Source: Antedon mediterranea (taxonomy: Eukaryota; Animalia; Echinodermata). From it: DNA of 64,000 bases. The stretch spans positions 17,901,432 through 17,965,431 of the forward strand of contig NC_092679.1 in NCBI RefSeq assembly GCF_964355755.1. The letters run 5' to 3'. This document shows positions 52,668-64,000 of the stretch, one piece after another. Made by a program: the position numbers and the translations under genes. A model generated the notes under the pieces. It had not been told where the DNA came from, made no database searches, and saw only the letters and a list, made by a program, of their open reading frames with translations. Each line of letters opens with the position of its first letter. The stretch's first letter is position 1.

Positions 52668-53138
52668 TCTATGCTGTGGTTGGTTTTATAATTTGGTGTA
52701 TTTTGTATTCTTCTGGTATCATACGGACATGTGCCTTTTCTACAATTTGCAGGCAAACTTCTCTAGAGTGTAGTGGAGGGCCAAACACAATTTATCTTAA
52801 TCGCATTTCTAATGTAACATAAACATGCTGTGGCTGACTTTTTGGAAGGAGTTGTTGTTTTCTCCTTTTGTCTTTTCTTCCTACAGTTCAAATTGGTTTT
52901 CCTCCATCTCTCACTTCACTTTTATTTCTTGTCTTTCACTCAAAACAAAGTTGTGTGAATGTTGATTCATTTGCAGACTGCTACAGCGTATTGCAGAACA
53001 GGCTTAAGCACTTTGAATCACTTTTAGAATTCTCTTAATTTGCTTTTCCTTTTTTTAAATCAAATAAATATGAACTTCTTTAAAAAATGACAAACAGATG
53101 ACTTCAGGTGGCCACATGTTTGTTTTGTTCTACTGTAT

Positions 53139-53309
53139 TTATACTTTTGAATCTTCTTGTTTATGAAGCGTGTCCATCTGATCGAATATGAATGAGAGAG
53201 TATGTCGTTTGATTGAGTCTATGTTACTTTGTAACTGCCTATTCCGTTCTTTATAATTCTGGTTTTCTAGTCTTAATTTGTCATTTTCCGAAACAAGATA
53301 TGCTTTTTC
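53139..53309 (-). CDS. RASGRP: RasGRP terminal coding exon
   Basis: tttacag|[56 protein letters not shown]. Confidence 0.85.
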   Translation of the reverse strand, partial: EKAYLVSENDKLRLENQNYKERNRQLQSNIDSIKRHTLSFIFDQMDTLHKQEDSKV

Positions 53310-56300
53310 CTGTAAAGATAAATAAAGATAAATATTAGTTAATAATTTATTATCTCGACACAGGTTTGATGGTTTTTAAGTCCAGGCAACGACCGATGAC
53401 ACACTGATTGACCTGGCCTAGGTTGGTAGTCAGTCGTCCCAAATCAAAAGCGCCCTATTATGCAGGTATTACCATTATCATATAGTAATTAATTTTAATA
53501 ATGTTATTTCTTTGTTCATAGCACAGCCTCCAAGCCTGGATGCACTTCAATTGCCATGCACTTTGAACATCCTCCCTGTGGCTTCGTTTGTTGTCTGTGA
53601 GCTGTGTCTTCTTGATTGATTATTTCCAGGTCAGAATTTCTCTTGTAAAATTGCCTAACTAGCTTGTACCTATGTCCTATAGATAGCCTGTGGCCAATTG
53701 TCTGTACATTTTATGTGCATCTTTGTCTATCCTGGTCAAAATTTCCCTGGTATATGTTGCTTAACAAGCCTGTACCGCTGTCCTATGACAATTGTTGTAT
53801 GTATATTTGATGTCATGTCTGTTCTTTTCTATATTAGGTCATGATGATGACAAAGTTGCCTCAACCCCATAACTATTAGTTAATAATCTGCATCTTATTG
53901 TATTTAAACAAAACGACTTGTTAATGTCAAGGAATGGCTTGGGGGGTAATGTATACTGGAAATGGAACTATATATTTTTTTTTTAACCTGGAGTGGTGGG
54001 GGATGGGTGGGGAAGGTAGGTGTAGATATCATTTCTAGAACCACCCTGGAGTGGTGGGAGATGGGAGGGGTGGGGGTGGGAGATGGGAAGGGTGGGGTAG
54101 GTAACATTTCTAGAACCACCCTGGAGTGGTGGGTGTAGTGGAGGTATGGGAAGGGCAGGAGTAGGTATCATTTCTAGAACCACCCTGGAGTGGTGGGGGT
54201 GGGGGAGGTATGGGAAGGGTAGGTGTAGATATCATTTCTAGAACCACCCTGGAGTGGTGGGGGTGGGAGATGGGAAGGGTGGGGGTAGGTATCATTTCTA
54301 GAACCACCCTGGATTGGTGGGGGATGGGGTGGGAAGGCGGGTGTAGGTATCATTTCTAGAGAATCACCCTGGAGTGGTGGGGTGGGGGAGGTATGGGAAG
54401 GGCAGGGGTAGGTATAATTTCTAGTTAGTTTCTAGTTGTGTGTAATTCACAAACATATTATGCTAAATGGCTTAATCTGTTTTGAGTTTATTTCGATTTA
54501 GTTCAGTATAAATTACAGCACTTAATAGTATCATTTGGCAACAAGATTTCGTGACATATAGTAAACCACAGATGCTCTCTTGGGTGTTGCTTCTGAGAGG
54601 TAGTGATTTAAGAGTGACGTCACAAGTTCATATAAATTGTGTTATATTCAGTGCGCTGTTTTCCGTTTAAATGTGAAACCTCTTTAAGTATTTAATTTGA
54701 CACTTCAGAATTAATGAAAACAAATTCAACCAAAAGTTTGAACAATATTTAAACAGAAACCTGGCGAGTATCATGAATTTAATACAATATAGTATTTTCA
54801 TTTGTATATTTATTATAATATTAATTTTGTTTGTTTTTTACCTGCATGTTAATTGTAATAATAACTGTAATAATTAATAATTCATTATAATACATTATTC
54901 TAAAAGCCTCAGAATGCTAACAATAACATATTAAATAGCAGAAATTAAAATGGTGAGTTTTTAAAGCTCCTTAGCTTAGAATTAGCAACTAAAGTTGTCT
55001 ATGTAATTAATTCTTTCATTGGTGAAAAATTAAATAGTACATTTGATTTTTCATAAATTATGCATCATTGCATTTACTAGCTTTTATGTATGTGAAAAAA
55101 CCCCAATATATAACAATTTAAATACGGTAAGGTACATTTTGTGCAACTCCTATAGGATTATAGATAATAACAAATTAATAGTGCATACCTGATGTAATAA
55201 TAATGTAATTACTATTTTGTGCACTTACCACATTCCTATTGGAATATAGTTAATTAAGAAATTAATAGTGCATACCTGATCTAATGTCATAACTCTCTCT
55301 CGTAATTCCTCCAGCTCATCTCTCTTATTCAGACTTCCGGCGCTTCCGCTATACCGGCTGCCCATACTTGAATACCGGTCCTCTTCGCTTACAGTGCAAG
55401 TGCTAAGAGTACAGGTACTAAGATAACTCGGATAACTGGTCACGCTGTATTGATCACTGTCCTTGTCCGACTCTGAGTCTTCAGTCTGTGTGCTTTGTTG
55501 AATCAGCCTGGCTTTCTGTCGCATAGACATTTTGCGTTTCTGGGCTAGGGTGATTTCTGGACAGGTTTCCAGGGTACACGTTTCGATGGGGCAAGTGTCA
55601 ACTGGTGAGGAATCTGGACTGGTTGGCTCAGATTTAATATGTACTGCAGATAATGAATTAAAACAGCAAATTAATAATATTAAATATCATTATTAGTTTT
55701 ATTTATGCGAGAAGGTCGTATACTTAATTAAGTTAATTGATATTTAAAATACTTAAGTAGATCATATAACTCCTGAAAGAAACTCAACAGTTCTTTTCAG
55801 AACTTATATATGTGGTGTACCGCAAACTTTATATCAACCGATCACATAACATAATAAAAAGTAATAAAAAAATCTGATCAATGAAAGTGGTCAAATAATA
55901 AATTATTTTGTTTGACCGATAAAAATAAACAAATTTTTCTATGGGTAAGTAACAAGAAAAAGTAATTTATCTCACCACCATTCATCTTTGAACAATCCAT
56001 CGTGTGCCGCCTTCGAACACCATTTGGTGAACTACTATCGTTATACAGTCCTGTACCTTTCTTCGCTCTGCACTCCATTACAATACGATTTTTACAATGT
56101 TTATGAGAATTAATACCACAGATTCTACACTTAACACCTTGTTTAATAATACCCCAAAGGAGACCAGTGCAATGAGAGCAAAATGTCGGACTGAAGTAAG
56201 TATGCACGTGAAAGTCGTGCTTGAAACTGTTGCGTAAGGCTAGGGAATTAGCCTTTACGAAATAATTCTTCATTTCACTCTTGCTTATCAAACCATCCCT

Positions 56301-59300
56301 GGAGAGAAGAGGCAAACAAAAACACAGAGGTAAATGCAATGAACGTGATAACAAATTCATAACAAGCAATAGGTTACTAGGACGTTAAAAATGTGAACTT
56401 TGTTCATATTCCCTGAGAAAATTTATCCAGACAGATTATGTCTGACCCTATTAAAAAGCTAAAGTGAACAAAAAGAACAACATCTAATTTACAATGGATT
56501 CTGTTTGCACTGAAAAGACAAAACAGATTATGAGTTAATTTCTTTAATTCAATTAGTTTCATTTTGTGCCTTTTCTACTATTTTTTATTTTTTTCTGAGC
56601 AGACTTTAGCAAGTTTCAATAAAAATTAGTAACAAGAATTACCACCGGTTATTTTTTTTTGTTTTTTACCAATTAGTGGTGACCTTATTTAAACAGTGTG
56701 AACTCCATTGTGGGTAGTAGTTGTGATGTGCCGGAACAGGGTAACTAATGCCGTGTTTAAAACATTGTTGATATATTTGTGGTTAAAAACACACTCTATT
56801 AAGAGGATAATTTTGTGTAAAACGAATAACGGGAAAATGTTTCAAAACTACAGCAAACTTTTCAGGGGACATTTTGTTGGGTGCTGAAGGTGTCCCCTAA
56901 ATCTACTAAAATAGTTTATTTTGAATTTGTCTGAAGAAAGTTATTTTTTTCTGTTTGTTTTGTTTTGTTTGTTTCGTTTATTTATTTTTCACACATTGAA
57001 CAAAAAAGAACAGATATATATACTTAAGAAAGAAAAAAGAAGACAATGTGTGAAAGGAGATCAAAATAAGTAAAAATTACTTTAAGCATTGACCACCTAA
57101 GCAGTTGTCAATGGGTTGTTTCTTAAACATGTATTAAATGTAATTGCTGATTATTCTTCAAGGTACTGCGTTTCCTGTGTGTATAAAGTGGTACTCTCAA
57201 ATGTTATCAACAAACAGTGATACAACAGTAGACAAGGTTTAATGTTTGTCTGTCTGAACAAGTTCACCTGAGACTTAAAGTTTGAGCGATTGTCTGCACA
57301 ACAAATTATGAAATAAAATCACTTAATGTCCGTTCGCATTTACATTCATTCAAGAATTCATTCATTAATGTGTAATGATTTATGAACGACGTAGTTCAGC
57401 TAACACATAATTAGTGTTACAAGAGATCCAGGTCAGGAATATGCCCAGGGAAGTTACACTAAGGGTTAATCATGTAAGGTCACTGTATGCGTTGGTTAGA
57501 TAGGCGGCTGTGCTGTGATAGCGTAAATAGTAGCATGTGTACAGCTTAGCCTGATAGACCTTGTTGAGCACTTGCGTCAACTTGTAAGACTTATTGTTTG
57601 ATAAACACAGAAGTTATATTCACTTTTTTTACTAAGCTTTCCACAGCTCATAAGTTTTTCAAGATTTTTTTTAACGAATTGAGAATATATGGCAGTGTAA
57701 TTTTACAGTACACTGTTCTGTACTTGGATATTATTTGTCATCATTCAATAATGAACAGTATTTTTGTTTCTATCTTCTAAATAATTCTAATAATTGAGAG
57801 GAGAATGTAATAAATTAAACAATTATTGAGAATATATGATTATTGTTGTTTTTGTGTGTTTTTTGTGATTTTTATATGATTATAAGTATTGGCCCCTCTC
57901 TCTTTTGGTAACAAACCATATTGGGCTTCTTTTTATCTATGGTACTTTTTATCTGATTGATTTTGACAAATGAAAAATACTGTATGTGTATGTATGATGA
58001 TGTCATATCACTACCATATTTGGGCACATCACTACCATATTTGGGCACATCACACTTTTTTTGATAGTGTAGGCAGAGCTTAACAAAGAAAGCCTATTCT
58101 ATAAAATATGCCTCGCTTGCTCATCAGTGCATGGCGAATTCGTTGAATCTAGGATTTGATAATGGAATTAATCAGAATAGCATACTTACTGATCAGCATC
58201 GAGAACACAGAAGGATTCCATGAAGGGAAAATTACTGGAAATTGCTTGGAATTCTGCATAAGATATATAACCATCTTTATCATTGTCATAATTTTTGAAG
58301 ACAGCCTATGGAAGTAATACAAAATATCAATTAATATAATAATACAATGTTAACAATGTATTTTTGATATTGACCCTTAACCTAGAAAAAACAATACTTA
58401 ACATATATTTATAACATATAGACATAGTCAATTTCTTTTGGTTGTTTAAAGTCATTTTAATTAATTATTGAAATTATAGTATTCTACTGCAGTAACTAAA
58501 TGCATCAACATATTATTTTACTTTGTTTCAATTGAGAAATGTATGACAGTCACTGCAATACAGTACTAAACTAGTAGTAAGATTACCCTACTCCCAAAAA
58601 ATCGCATATAAAGATTTAAACTTAATAATAATGAATAATTTTGCCATGATCCTTTAGGTAATTCAATAATCAAGAGATACATCTCTTTATGGTACATACC
58701 TCAACCATTGCACTGACATGCTTCCCAATGGTCTCTTGATCAGAAGGAGCAGAAATGCCTGACGCCCAAGCCGCAAACACCTGAGGTTTCGTTGGTGTTG
58801 GAGGCTAAAAAAACAAATTGTAATTTTCTTAAAATAATCCTTGTTAAATACATTTTAAAAGGTTATCATTATTAGATTTGGTGGATTTTAATGCTTCTGT
58901 TTAAAATAAGTCATGAGCTCTGTCTACACTATCAAACTTTATGTGACAAAAAAATGTGGATATGCCCATATAGACACGATGATGATGATATCTGTACCAT
59001 ATTTGGGAATATCACTACCATATTTGGGCACATCACATCAAACTAGTTTTAAGGTCTGTCTACACTATCAAACTTTATTTGACAAGTGATGTGCCCATAT
59101 ACTAGTTTGATAGTGTAGACAGACCTTAAACCTCATAATCACATATTTCATTCATTTTTTTTTGGTCCTCCTCATTATCTTCTACTTTAAAAGAAATTCA
59201 TCATTTAAGCCAGTAATTCTCACTCCGTTTGTGTACAATGTTTTTCATTATGTATACTGCACTGTCAGTTTTTGTCATATGCTAACTGGCTGTGCGCCAA

Positions 59301-60928
59301 CGCTACAATATTTGTTTCATTTTACTTATCAAGAACTGCAGAAATGTTCTTATGGATATAAAAGTAGGTTAGACCATAAAGGTGGATGGACTCTCAACTT
59401 CATCTCTGTCAGTGCTATCACAATTTGCAGAAACTGAAGTATCAAGTACATGAAAGCCATTTGAAAAGTACGTCCCACTTGAATAACATAGCCTATAAAC
59501 AAGATTTGCATGAAGCTCCATCTTTTTGAACGGGGTCAAAATTGCATCAAGATACGGTAATTCAGACTGCCTGACAAATTTCATAAAAACAATCATATTA
59601 GCGTGAGACCCTAGTGATAACACAAGTAATTCATAACAAAATATGCCTGGTACAAGGCATTTGAGGAACTAGAGTGGAGCATAGGTTTTTTGGGAGAGGA
59701 GTTGCATTGCAGTTGTCAGTGAGGATTTTCTGGATATAAAGTATTATTAACGACACCTCCAGAAACCAACAAAGTGTCTCTTTAATATGGTGCCCACTGA
59801 ATAGCGGTTGGTTGTAGTGTTAAAACACATACCGTAAAACCTCGAAAAGAAGCCCATGGGCTTCTTCTTTTTTTAGTGCTCTTGCGTGGGCTTCTTTTCG
59901 AGATGGGCTTCTTTTCGAGAGTACTTTTGCAAACTGTAGAGGGGGGCTTCTTTTCGAAATGAATGCTGTAAATTTTGTGAATTTCTACTACAATAATGTG
60001 ACTTTTGAGACATTTTTTCAACCATGAAATTATGTTTAATATACCAATTAAAAAACAATATAAAAAGCAAAAAAACAGCCCTATGATTCACGGTCAAATA
60101 CAATAATTTCGTCATCATCTCAATACAGTATGAGTAGTTTATCCCGAAATGAAGCCCATACTATCTTGAAAAGAAGCCCAGGGGGCTTCATTTCGAGATG
60201 GGTTTCTTTTCGAGAGTACTTTTGCAAACTGTAGAGAGGGGCTTCTTTTCGAGATGGGCTTCTTTTCGAAGTTTAAGCCCATGGGCTTCTTTTCGAGGTT
60301 TTATGGTATATTGCCCCTCTCAGGAAAGTGGCCCATTACTAGAGGTCTCTACTAAATAAGGGGGGTCTCTCAAACGATTAGAGGTCTACTATATTTCTAT
60401 TAAATATGTGGTACTATTACTAAAGATTTCAAAGCCTTGATGACAAAGAATAAGATTATTCGTGAACATGTACAAATTTATAACAGCAGCAATGTCAGCC
60501 AACAAAACATACATACAACTTGCATAGGCACACTTTTCTTGGAAAAATGTAAAATGAGTATTTAAACGGTTTGAGAATGAGACTGCTTCAATGGAGTCTA
60601 TTTGTCATTAATAATAATGTATTGTCCTCATAAAGTTGACTTTTATAATCTTAGTTAAGTAATAGTTGTCTACATGAATAATTTACTTCCACTATATGAA
60701 GGAAAGCAAGCCATTTCACGAGTCCCAGACTTATGAGTGGTTTATATTTCTCTACTCAGTGTGTGTCATATTTAGTTTCTCACACTGAATAAATCCAACG
60801 TAAGCCTAAGTTCTTTACGACTGTTGCAAGTGAACCATACTTACCGCACTATTCGCAGAATTCCTTGGTTCTCTCGCTAAAGATAATTCATAAATCTCAT
60901 CTTCTGTGTATTTTAAGTCTAAAGATAC
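53139..60928 (-). CDS. RASGRP: RAS guanyl-releasing protein (RasGRP/CalDAG-GEF), 3' exons; the GEF domain lies past the right edge
   Basis: Exons 60928-60845 ([23 protein letters not shown]), 58804-58700 (PPTPTKP..WASG...KHVSAMVE), 58305-58190 (EF-hand [14 protein letters not shown]), 56298-55976 (second EF-hand; C1 [42 protein letters not shown]), 55643-55276, 53309-53139 (coiled coil, ends QEDSKV*). All phases are consistent. Confidence 0.94.
53987..54424. repeat. G-rich minisatellite, ~7 x ~60-65 bp, in the last RasGRP intron
   Basis: Unit catttctagaaccaccctggagtggtgggggtgggagatgggaagggtgggggtaggtat. Confidence 0.92.
55276..55643 (-). CDS. RASGRP: RasGRP exon (Ser-rich linker)
   Basis: tgcag|TA...CAG|gtatgc; 368 nt in the required phase; includes ORF 55225-55530. 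Confidence 0.85.
55976..56298 (-). CDS. RASGRP: RasGRP exon (EF-hand 2 and C1 domain)
   Basis: [13 protein letters not shown]...C1 His/Cys pattern. Confidence 0.94.
57996..58080. mobile_element. MITE family A, partial
   Basis: Internal repeats plus the right TIR. Confidence 0.75.
58190..58305 (-). CDS. RASGRP: RasGRP exon (EF-hand 1)
   Basis: [38 protein letters not shown]. Confidence 0.93.
58700..58804 (-). CDS. RASGRP: RasGRP exon
   Basis: [35 protein letters not shown]. Confidence 0.92.
58916..59126. mobile_element. Two adjacent MITE family A copies
   Basis: The second, short copy (59051-59126) has the variant TIR aggtctgtctacac...gtgtagacagacct at both ends. Confidence 0.8.
59450..59575 (-). 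pseudogene. Possible decayed Penelope-like RT fragment
   Basis: Minus-strand [10 protein letters not shown]...VYR....GTYF...H resembles the Penelope LPFLD...VYRKxT...YL motif; short and diverged. Confidence 0.35.
59832..60306. mobile_element. Non-autonomous Tc1/mariner-like element, TA TSD
   Basis: ta|ccgtaaaacctcgaaaagaagcccatgggc...gcccatgggcttcttttcgaggttttatgg|ta; many internal gggcttcttttcga repeats. Confidence 0.88.
60845..60928 (-). CDS. RASGRP: RasGRP exon (end of CDC25 domain)
   Basis: ttccag|GTA ... GCG|gtaagt; [21 protein letters not shown] motif. Confidence 0.92.
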
Positions 60929-62590
60929 CTGGAAAATAAAACAGTCAGTCACCGTGTTAAATTATACAAATTTAAGCGTTGATGGAAGAGTCTTGGGACT
61001 TATATACATATGTTAATAGCCTGTTGTAGGCCTCTAAAAGGTTAGCGTGAATGATCAAAAAAGCACCGCTGCACTCATAAACATTTTTTGATGTTGCGGT
61101 TTTAAAAAATAATATTCACTTGATCAATGACTTTTAAATAATTATCATAAATTAACTGTATATTCGCAAGGATTTAACATATTGCAAATATCAACCGAAA
61201 TCCATATGCATTACCATAGAAACAACACTAACACACGCCTACATGTAGTGCATTAACTTGCATTGTTGTTCTTTTTTATTATAAAAATCTAGTATTAGTT
61301 GTTCAGAGATATTTAACTTGTCTGGCATTTAATTTCATCTTTCCACAGGGAATGCAATCACTGTGTTTAAATGCCCCCCGACATGTGTAGGGAATCGGAA
61401 TGATAGCGTCATAATCAGGTGTCTTCCCTTCAGTAAAAATCAACATATGAAGCTTTGCAGATATGAAAATTACAAGGAAATCAAACAGTTTGGGAATTAA
61501 AAGCCATGCCAATCACACGGCAAGATAACAAAGTGGAAATCGTCCAGGGAACGAGTCAATCGCTGGATAACAAAACCACATCGTCGTAGTGTTCACGCTG
61601 AGTGGCCTATACAGCAGTACACGTAAAGTTCACACATTATCTGAATATGCAAACCATTTGAGAAGGTCTTAGAGTAAACTTAATTAGCAGACAACAATAT
61701 CTACGAATACCTGTTCACTGTCACGACAGACTAGAAAACAATAAACTAATTTATGACGTGAATCAAAGTGTGCTAATTCTACGGGGAAATACTCTGGTAA
61801 TTTTTTTTCCAAGTATGCGAATTAAACAAGTTATGGTTAATTAAAAAGCAATATTTGTTCACAACCATAATTTCAACCATTATTATTTGAAGATGAAAAT
61901 ATGTAAATAATCCTATTTATTCTTCATGTTACAAGTTTTGATAATTGAAGAAAATAAGATGCTAAATATAGTGACGTTTTTCAGGAATGTTAATTGCTAT
62001 TAAAACCAGCATTGAGCGCTGTAATTTTGAAAACATGATTACAATATTTCATGTTCAATTTCATAAATAAAGATATTATTTCAGGCACAATTTATTATTA
62101 CAACTGGAACAAAACAAAGTGTCCCCTTAATTTATAAATGTCCCCCGATTATAATAATATATGATTTAATATTAATAACTTTATTTGAAAACGGAAAACT
62201 TGATCACTTTAATAATATAGTGTTTTTAATTAGGCTGTTTCAGTAAACAAAACTATATAAAAACAACAAACAATTAAAAGTAAAAGTTAAAAACGAATGC
62301 AACTAAAACAATACAAATGTTGAACGGTGTTTACAAATGCAAAGCTAAAACCACAACAAACAAAATGGGGTTGGCTGTAGTGTTAACATATAACTCCCTG
62401 TATTGGAGTGCTGAAATATTGTCCCTATTTTGTTTCATGGGAACCGAACATTTCAATACTTTGAGTAGCATGGGCTATTGGATCTGACAACACTTCACTC
62501 AAAACGTTTACCTTTAATATTTTAAAGACATTTTAGACAATCATTTTATCCTGTAGAGTTGACCTCATTTGTGTACTTCTCAATTACAGT

Positions 62591-63419
62591 CCAATAGACA
62601 CGTTTCGCGCTCGCGACCAATCAGAAATAGTTGGTATAGATTTGTAAACAAACCGAACACCTCTCGCCTAGTGCGTGTTGAAGCATAGCGAAATGGCGAC
62701 TGCCGAGTGCTTTTGTTGCAAGGTGCATCATAAATGTTGTATATGTTGGATAAATCGTGAATTTAACTACACAAAATCACTGAATAATATTCCTGTTTTT
62801 AATTTTCAAACACTTGCTGAGTGGTTTGCGTCGGCTCCGAAGGATAGTGGCGCAAAATCTTGGAAATTTTTCAAGGAAAGGTACGTCCACAATGTGCTCG
62901 TGTCTCTCCGCCCGCCCGGTGGCGTTGCCTGATGCGGTACTTCGTCTACTCTAGGCCTAGGAGGCTTGGGTGTCTGTTTAAGCGCCGAAGAAAATCACAT
63001 AATACATGGAAGATGCAATAGGAGCATGAAGAAGAATGAAAGATAATAATTAATATATTTACGCAACATTTGTAAATAAAATTAAAAACTAAAAAACAAA
63101 AACAGTTAACATGTATTAAATGCACCGTAATTATATGTCACTTGTGTCAAACCAAATGACAATACATAAATAAAGTCGATGATTCCGAACCAAATGCCCA
63201 AATAATTCTACAGTGAATAAAAAACATAAGTTTAGAAATTAAATAACATCCTTACCATGCCATTCCATCAAAGGCTAGTTTTGACGATTGCTTTTTAAGA
63301 TGATCATCTCTCAGTTCTCCCATGCTTTAACATACCTCTCGCTGTGTTTGTTTACCATTGTATACCCACTAAAAGGTCAAACTGACGGTGACCTCGCGAG
63401 CGCGAAACGTGTCTATTGG
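62591..63419. mobile_element. DNA transposon deletion derivative with 26-bp perfect TIRs
   Basis: ccaatagacacgtttcgcgctcgcga ... tcgcgagcgcgaaacgtgtctattgg; internal coding remnant KSWKFFKERYVHNV...RCNRSMKKNE. Confidence 0.8.
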
Positions 63420-64000
63420 CTTTTAAACAATGGCTATTTTGACATTATTGATAAATAATATTTCTTTTTTTTGTTAGCTTAGTTAAATAATATTTTGGGC
63501 CTCTTGGACCTATCTTGGTTATTGTCTGTCATGACGGGATTGGGCCATATATATTTATTTATCAAACTATCCCAAACACACAAAAACAATATTACCCCAA
63601 CACTACGCAAACACCTCCCTTCTGACGATAAATAAAATTGATGATGAATTCAAAAGTGGATAGATGGAACGGCAGCCCAAGTGAATGTCACTTCGGCATC
63701 TCATTCAGTTTAACATATTCGCCCCCAATCTACTTCATTAAATTAGATAATTAAAGGTGCTCACTTCAAAACATGAGTTAATAATCACATATCTGCTACA
63801 CATACAAAACAGGAAACAATTATTTTGGTCCCTAGATCCAGATCCCCAGGGGCCTAAATACATGCGATTATTTAACTCCTGTCTTTTTCTTATAAACACC
63901 TGTGAAGTCACATGACCAACACTTAATAGACTGATATTATAAAAATTTGATTGGCAATTTACAGCCAATTTTATGTTATTAATGTGTTTATCAAAGATAT

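Noticed and set aside
53904-54307. Pro-rich ORFs
   Set aside because: Translations of the C-rich strand of the minisatellite.
58110-58150. Hammerhead ribozyme (CTGATGAG on the minus strand)
   Set aside because: The required GAAA core is absent (GAGG instead) and the stems do not close.
61303-61600. THAP-like or transposase fragment
   Set aside because: Only a vague FTEGK..P resemblance; no C2CH pattern could be reconstructed.

Overview
AT-rich, intron-rich animal genomic DNA; the repeat landscape suggests a marine invertebrate (inference). Three spliced protein genes can be rebuilt by hand with consistent GT-AG phases. (1) On the minus strand, the 5' part of an ASPP-family gene (TP53BP2/PPP1R13B-like) has RA/ubiquitin-like exons at 27214-19600. 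It continues off the left edge and has a candidate alternative first coding exon at 9936-9460. (2) On the plus strand, a complete 10-exon DNA polymerase eta gene (POLH, 37792-44163, 774 aa) carries two identical tRNA-Asp(GTC) genes in introns 1 and 4. (3) On the minus strand, the 3' half of a RasGRP gene (60928-53139) encodes EF-hands, a C1 domain and a coiled-coil tail. An apparently intact two-ORF CR1-group (Crack-like) LINE lies between the convergent POLH and RasGRP ends. The rest is MITEs, tRNA-derived SINEs and minisatellites. The most striking unannotated signal is the pervasive TACAGTA/TACTGTA heptamer. Alignments among MITE copies show it arising as TA+CAG/CTG+TA insertions, i.e. probable Tc1/mariner-type excision footprints. 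No prokaryotic or CRISPR-type system is present, and I found no clearly new biological system. Coordinates were read by hand; repeat boundaries are approximate.
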